A DNA stretch of 61,914 nt, the filler included, from Basidiobolus ranarum (Eukaryota), in assembly GCA_040143965.1 (NCBI GenBank). It is 22 parts of 22 records of this genome, joined end to end, with 100 filler letters (N's around TTAATTAATTAA, not from the genome) between each part and the next. Parts side by side here need not be neighbours in the genome. Positions count along the whole stretch, not along the records: positions 59,205 to 61,914 come from JASJQH010003048.1; 21 more parts are not named here. One strand, 5' to 3'. The number at the start of each line of letters is the position of its first letter. Position 1 is the first letter of the stretch. This document shows positions 59,205-61,914 of this stretch, piece after piece. Below the pieces are notes generated by a model that was given only the letters and a program-made list of their open reading frames with translations, searched no databases and had not been told where the DNA came from. The translations under genes and the position numbers were made by a program.

Positions 59205-61914
59205 CCAGTTTTATTGTCCTGAAGTGTGGAAAACTTGTCAGACATTGTTTTTTGAATAACTGTAATTAGGTATATATATGCCTCATCATTGGAAGTGTCT
59301 TGCCTGTTCCCTGACTTATTTCTTCTGTTAGATGATGTTCTAGGTCCTGAATCAGCATCTGCTATGATTGAGGCTGAAATTTTGGCTGAATTGGGCTCAT
59401 ATAGAGCTGGATTCTTATCAGACACTTTGTGCATAGTGCTGATTTTGTCCTCTGGATTAAGAACTGTGATTGCAGGTGCTTTTAATCATAAATCATATCT
59501 CTGCCCTCAAGTAACTTGTGATTTTTGGTATCAAACAGTCTGTAAGCCTCAGATCCATCACAATAACCAGGAAAGATGCATTTACAGCTTTTGAATTCCA
59601 ATTTAGAGCATATTTGAGCTAGAATTAGGCAATATGCTGTGCAATCAAAGATCCTCAAATGATCCACACTTGGTTTTGCTCCATTGACACTTGAAATGGA
59701 GTAGAATTTTAGAGTAATCATGTTAAGCATTAGATTTTGAAATAGATTGCAGTGGAGCAACATCCAGCACAATATTGGTAATTTAACTTTTGATTATGTA
59801 ACATTGATCTTGCTTTCTCCACTATGGTCCTATTAGCATGTTTTGAAACTCCATTTGCTGTGAACTATAAGGTACAATAGTTTGTTGTTTAATTTAATGT
59901 TCAGAACAGAAACTAGCAAAGTATTTAAAGCAGTATTATTCTACACTATCACTCCTCAGTACCATTAATGTTTGTTACAGTTCTTTTTCCTACCATTGCT
60001 TTGCAATGCTAGAACAGAGCTCAAGCTTCAGCTTTTGATTTGAGAAAGAAAACCCAAGCATCTCTTGTTTTGGCATCAATGAAGATTGCAGTGTATCTTT
60101 TGCCTTCTAGTGTGCTGTTTTTCATTGGGCCACATAAGTCAGATTGAATTGGGTCAAGTTTCTTAGTGGATTCAATCTCTCCAAATCTTGAAAATGGCTC
60201 TCTGTGGTGTTTTCCATATATGCAACCTTCATACATATTCAATATAGTGGTATGTTGAATTTACAAGCCTGAAACAAGCTGATTTTAGATCATTTGGGTA
60301 AGTCTTTGTTCCCCAATCTGACCTAATCTTCTATACCACAATTGACAGCTTTTTCACCAGATTTGGCCAAGTTTGAGAATTTTAGCATGTATAAGTTTTG
60401 TTTTTTGATCCAAGTAGCTAACTTGGTATTATTCTGATCTGCAACGGTGCATCCAGCCTTGCTGAAGATGAAATGTGGTCCTTGAGTTGTAGCTTGGCTT
60501 ACTGAGAGTAGCTTCTTGGCTATATTTGGTATATAGAGTACAGCATCCAATTTTGCAGATGGGGTAGCTGAATTTTGGTCTACAATGAGCACAGAAGTCC
60601 CCTTACCAGCTGCATCCAGTGCATAGTCATCATCTAAGTAGACTCCTCTTACTTAGATATGTTTTAACCTTGAAGGCCAACCCTTCTTGTTTAACATTTA
60701 CTTGCAGGCTCCTGAATCAATGAACTATGCATCTGAGTCTTCCTTTGTGGTTACTTATAGGGCAGACACAAATATATGATCCCTATCAGTGCCTACTTGA
60801 TTTGCTTGTTCTGATTTTGTTGTTTTGGCAAAAATCCTTTTTCTGCAATCATGGAGTAAAAAGCCTGGTTTCTTGCAATACTTGCAGATGATTGATTTCC
60901 TATTACTGTCACCATCAATGAAACTTATCAGTCAGCTTCCAGCTCCAAAAAAAGCCTGAGCTGCATTATTTTGCAGTGAATTAGAACTCCTTCACACCTT
61001 ATTCAAAAGCCTAACCCCAACATATTCTGTTGCAAATGGTTCTGATCTTAATTCAGAGGCAATTATGAGGTTCCCCAAATCATCAGGCAAGCTCCCAAGT
61101 ACTGTCAAGACTAAGTTATTCTCATTTGGGGCTCCAATGGATGAGAGCTGATCTGCCATAGTCTTTATCAGATTTATATGAATTGCCATTGAATCATCAG
61201 AATTTACTGGATTGAGAGCAAATTGACTTTTATAGCCTGGTAGTAGACTTCTAGTCTCATATAGTCACTTGAGTGTTTCCCAAGCAGCTTGGATGTTTTG
61301 GCTGAGTGCATAGGCCTCAATTGAGAGTCTCTGAGATGTAAACGAGTGTAGAGAGTGCTTTTCTCTGCTTCTTGTTAAAGGCAGAGCTTTCTTCTGGTAG
61401 CCCCTTTGGATCTGTTTCTTTTTCTGTAATAAATCCCCAAAGGCCTTTGTCTTCTAGCACCATTTCCATCTTGTACTTCCAAGGGTAAAAGTCTTCACCA
61501 TCAAACTTCTCTGTGGAAATGAAAATGTTGATAATACTACCTATAGACATTTCTTTAACAACTAGCTTGGGGCTCATGATCTGATAAAACTTTTTAGGTG
61601 ATTTGGAAGTGTTTTGGACAAGATTTCAATTTGTGAATTAGGCACTTAAGTATTATTGAATTGCATATGTCCCATTTTTAGCTAACTATGAAATACAACT
61701 ATAGGATGTGCTTAGATCACAACAAACATGCCTGTTAAGCATGGGTGAAAATATGAGATGATTTGGACCAGTCTTGAGAAAATAGCGACAGTTGGTAAAA
61801 GTGATCTAATTGATTATTTCTATCAGTTTGAACAATAAACATACATTTTTGAATGGAACAATTGAGTGCTAAATAATCATAGTATGAATAAACTAACTAC
61901 TAAATAATGAGTTG
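59205..61914 (-). mobile_element. Copia family A 5' half: LTR (61582-61914), PBS, gag, protease, integrase; decayed
   Basis: MSPKL..STEKFDGEDFYPWKYKMEMVLEDKGLWGFI, LGSLPD, CKYCKKPG, DSGA, YEGCIYGKHHREPF, SDLCGPM, HLRIFDC, in canonical Copia order. Confidence 0.93.

Overview
This window is not one locus. It is 22 unrelated short contigs (2729 to 2710 bp, sorted by decreasing length) joined by 100-bp N/TTAATTAATTAA/N linkers, so only within-contig adjacency is meaningful. The host is a eukaryote, most likely an early-diverging fungus: short GT-AG introns and fungal-type RPL16, DUS1 and NUP170. Most contigs are a strongly CpG-depleted mosaic of dead transposons: two Copia LTR families, Gypsy gag remnants, CACTA/En-Spm transposase remnants and an unclassified multicopy element carrying an orphan ORF. 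The standout signal is giant-virus-like (Nucleocytoviricota) DNA. Contig 39515-42230 carries an uninterrupted, intronless MutS7-type gene (cut by the contig end, with a 33-bp minisatellite insertion) and a HIRAN-domain gene. A second, divergent, frameshifted MutS7 fragment (1107-1798) lies on the same contig as a host lactate/malate dehydrogenase gene, which points to chromosomal integration. There are also bacterial-like genes (a secreted alpha/beta hydrolase, a DUF1648-like membrane protein) and telomere-like TTAGGG motifs in promoters. All family assignments come from motif recognition by eye, not database searches.
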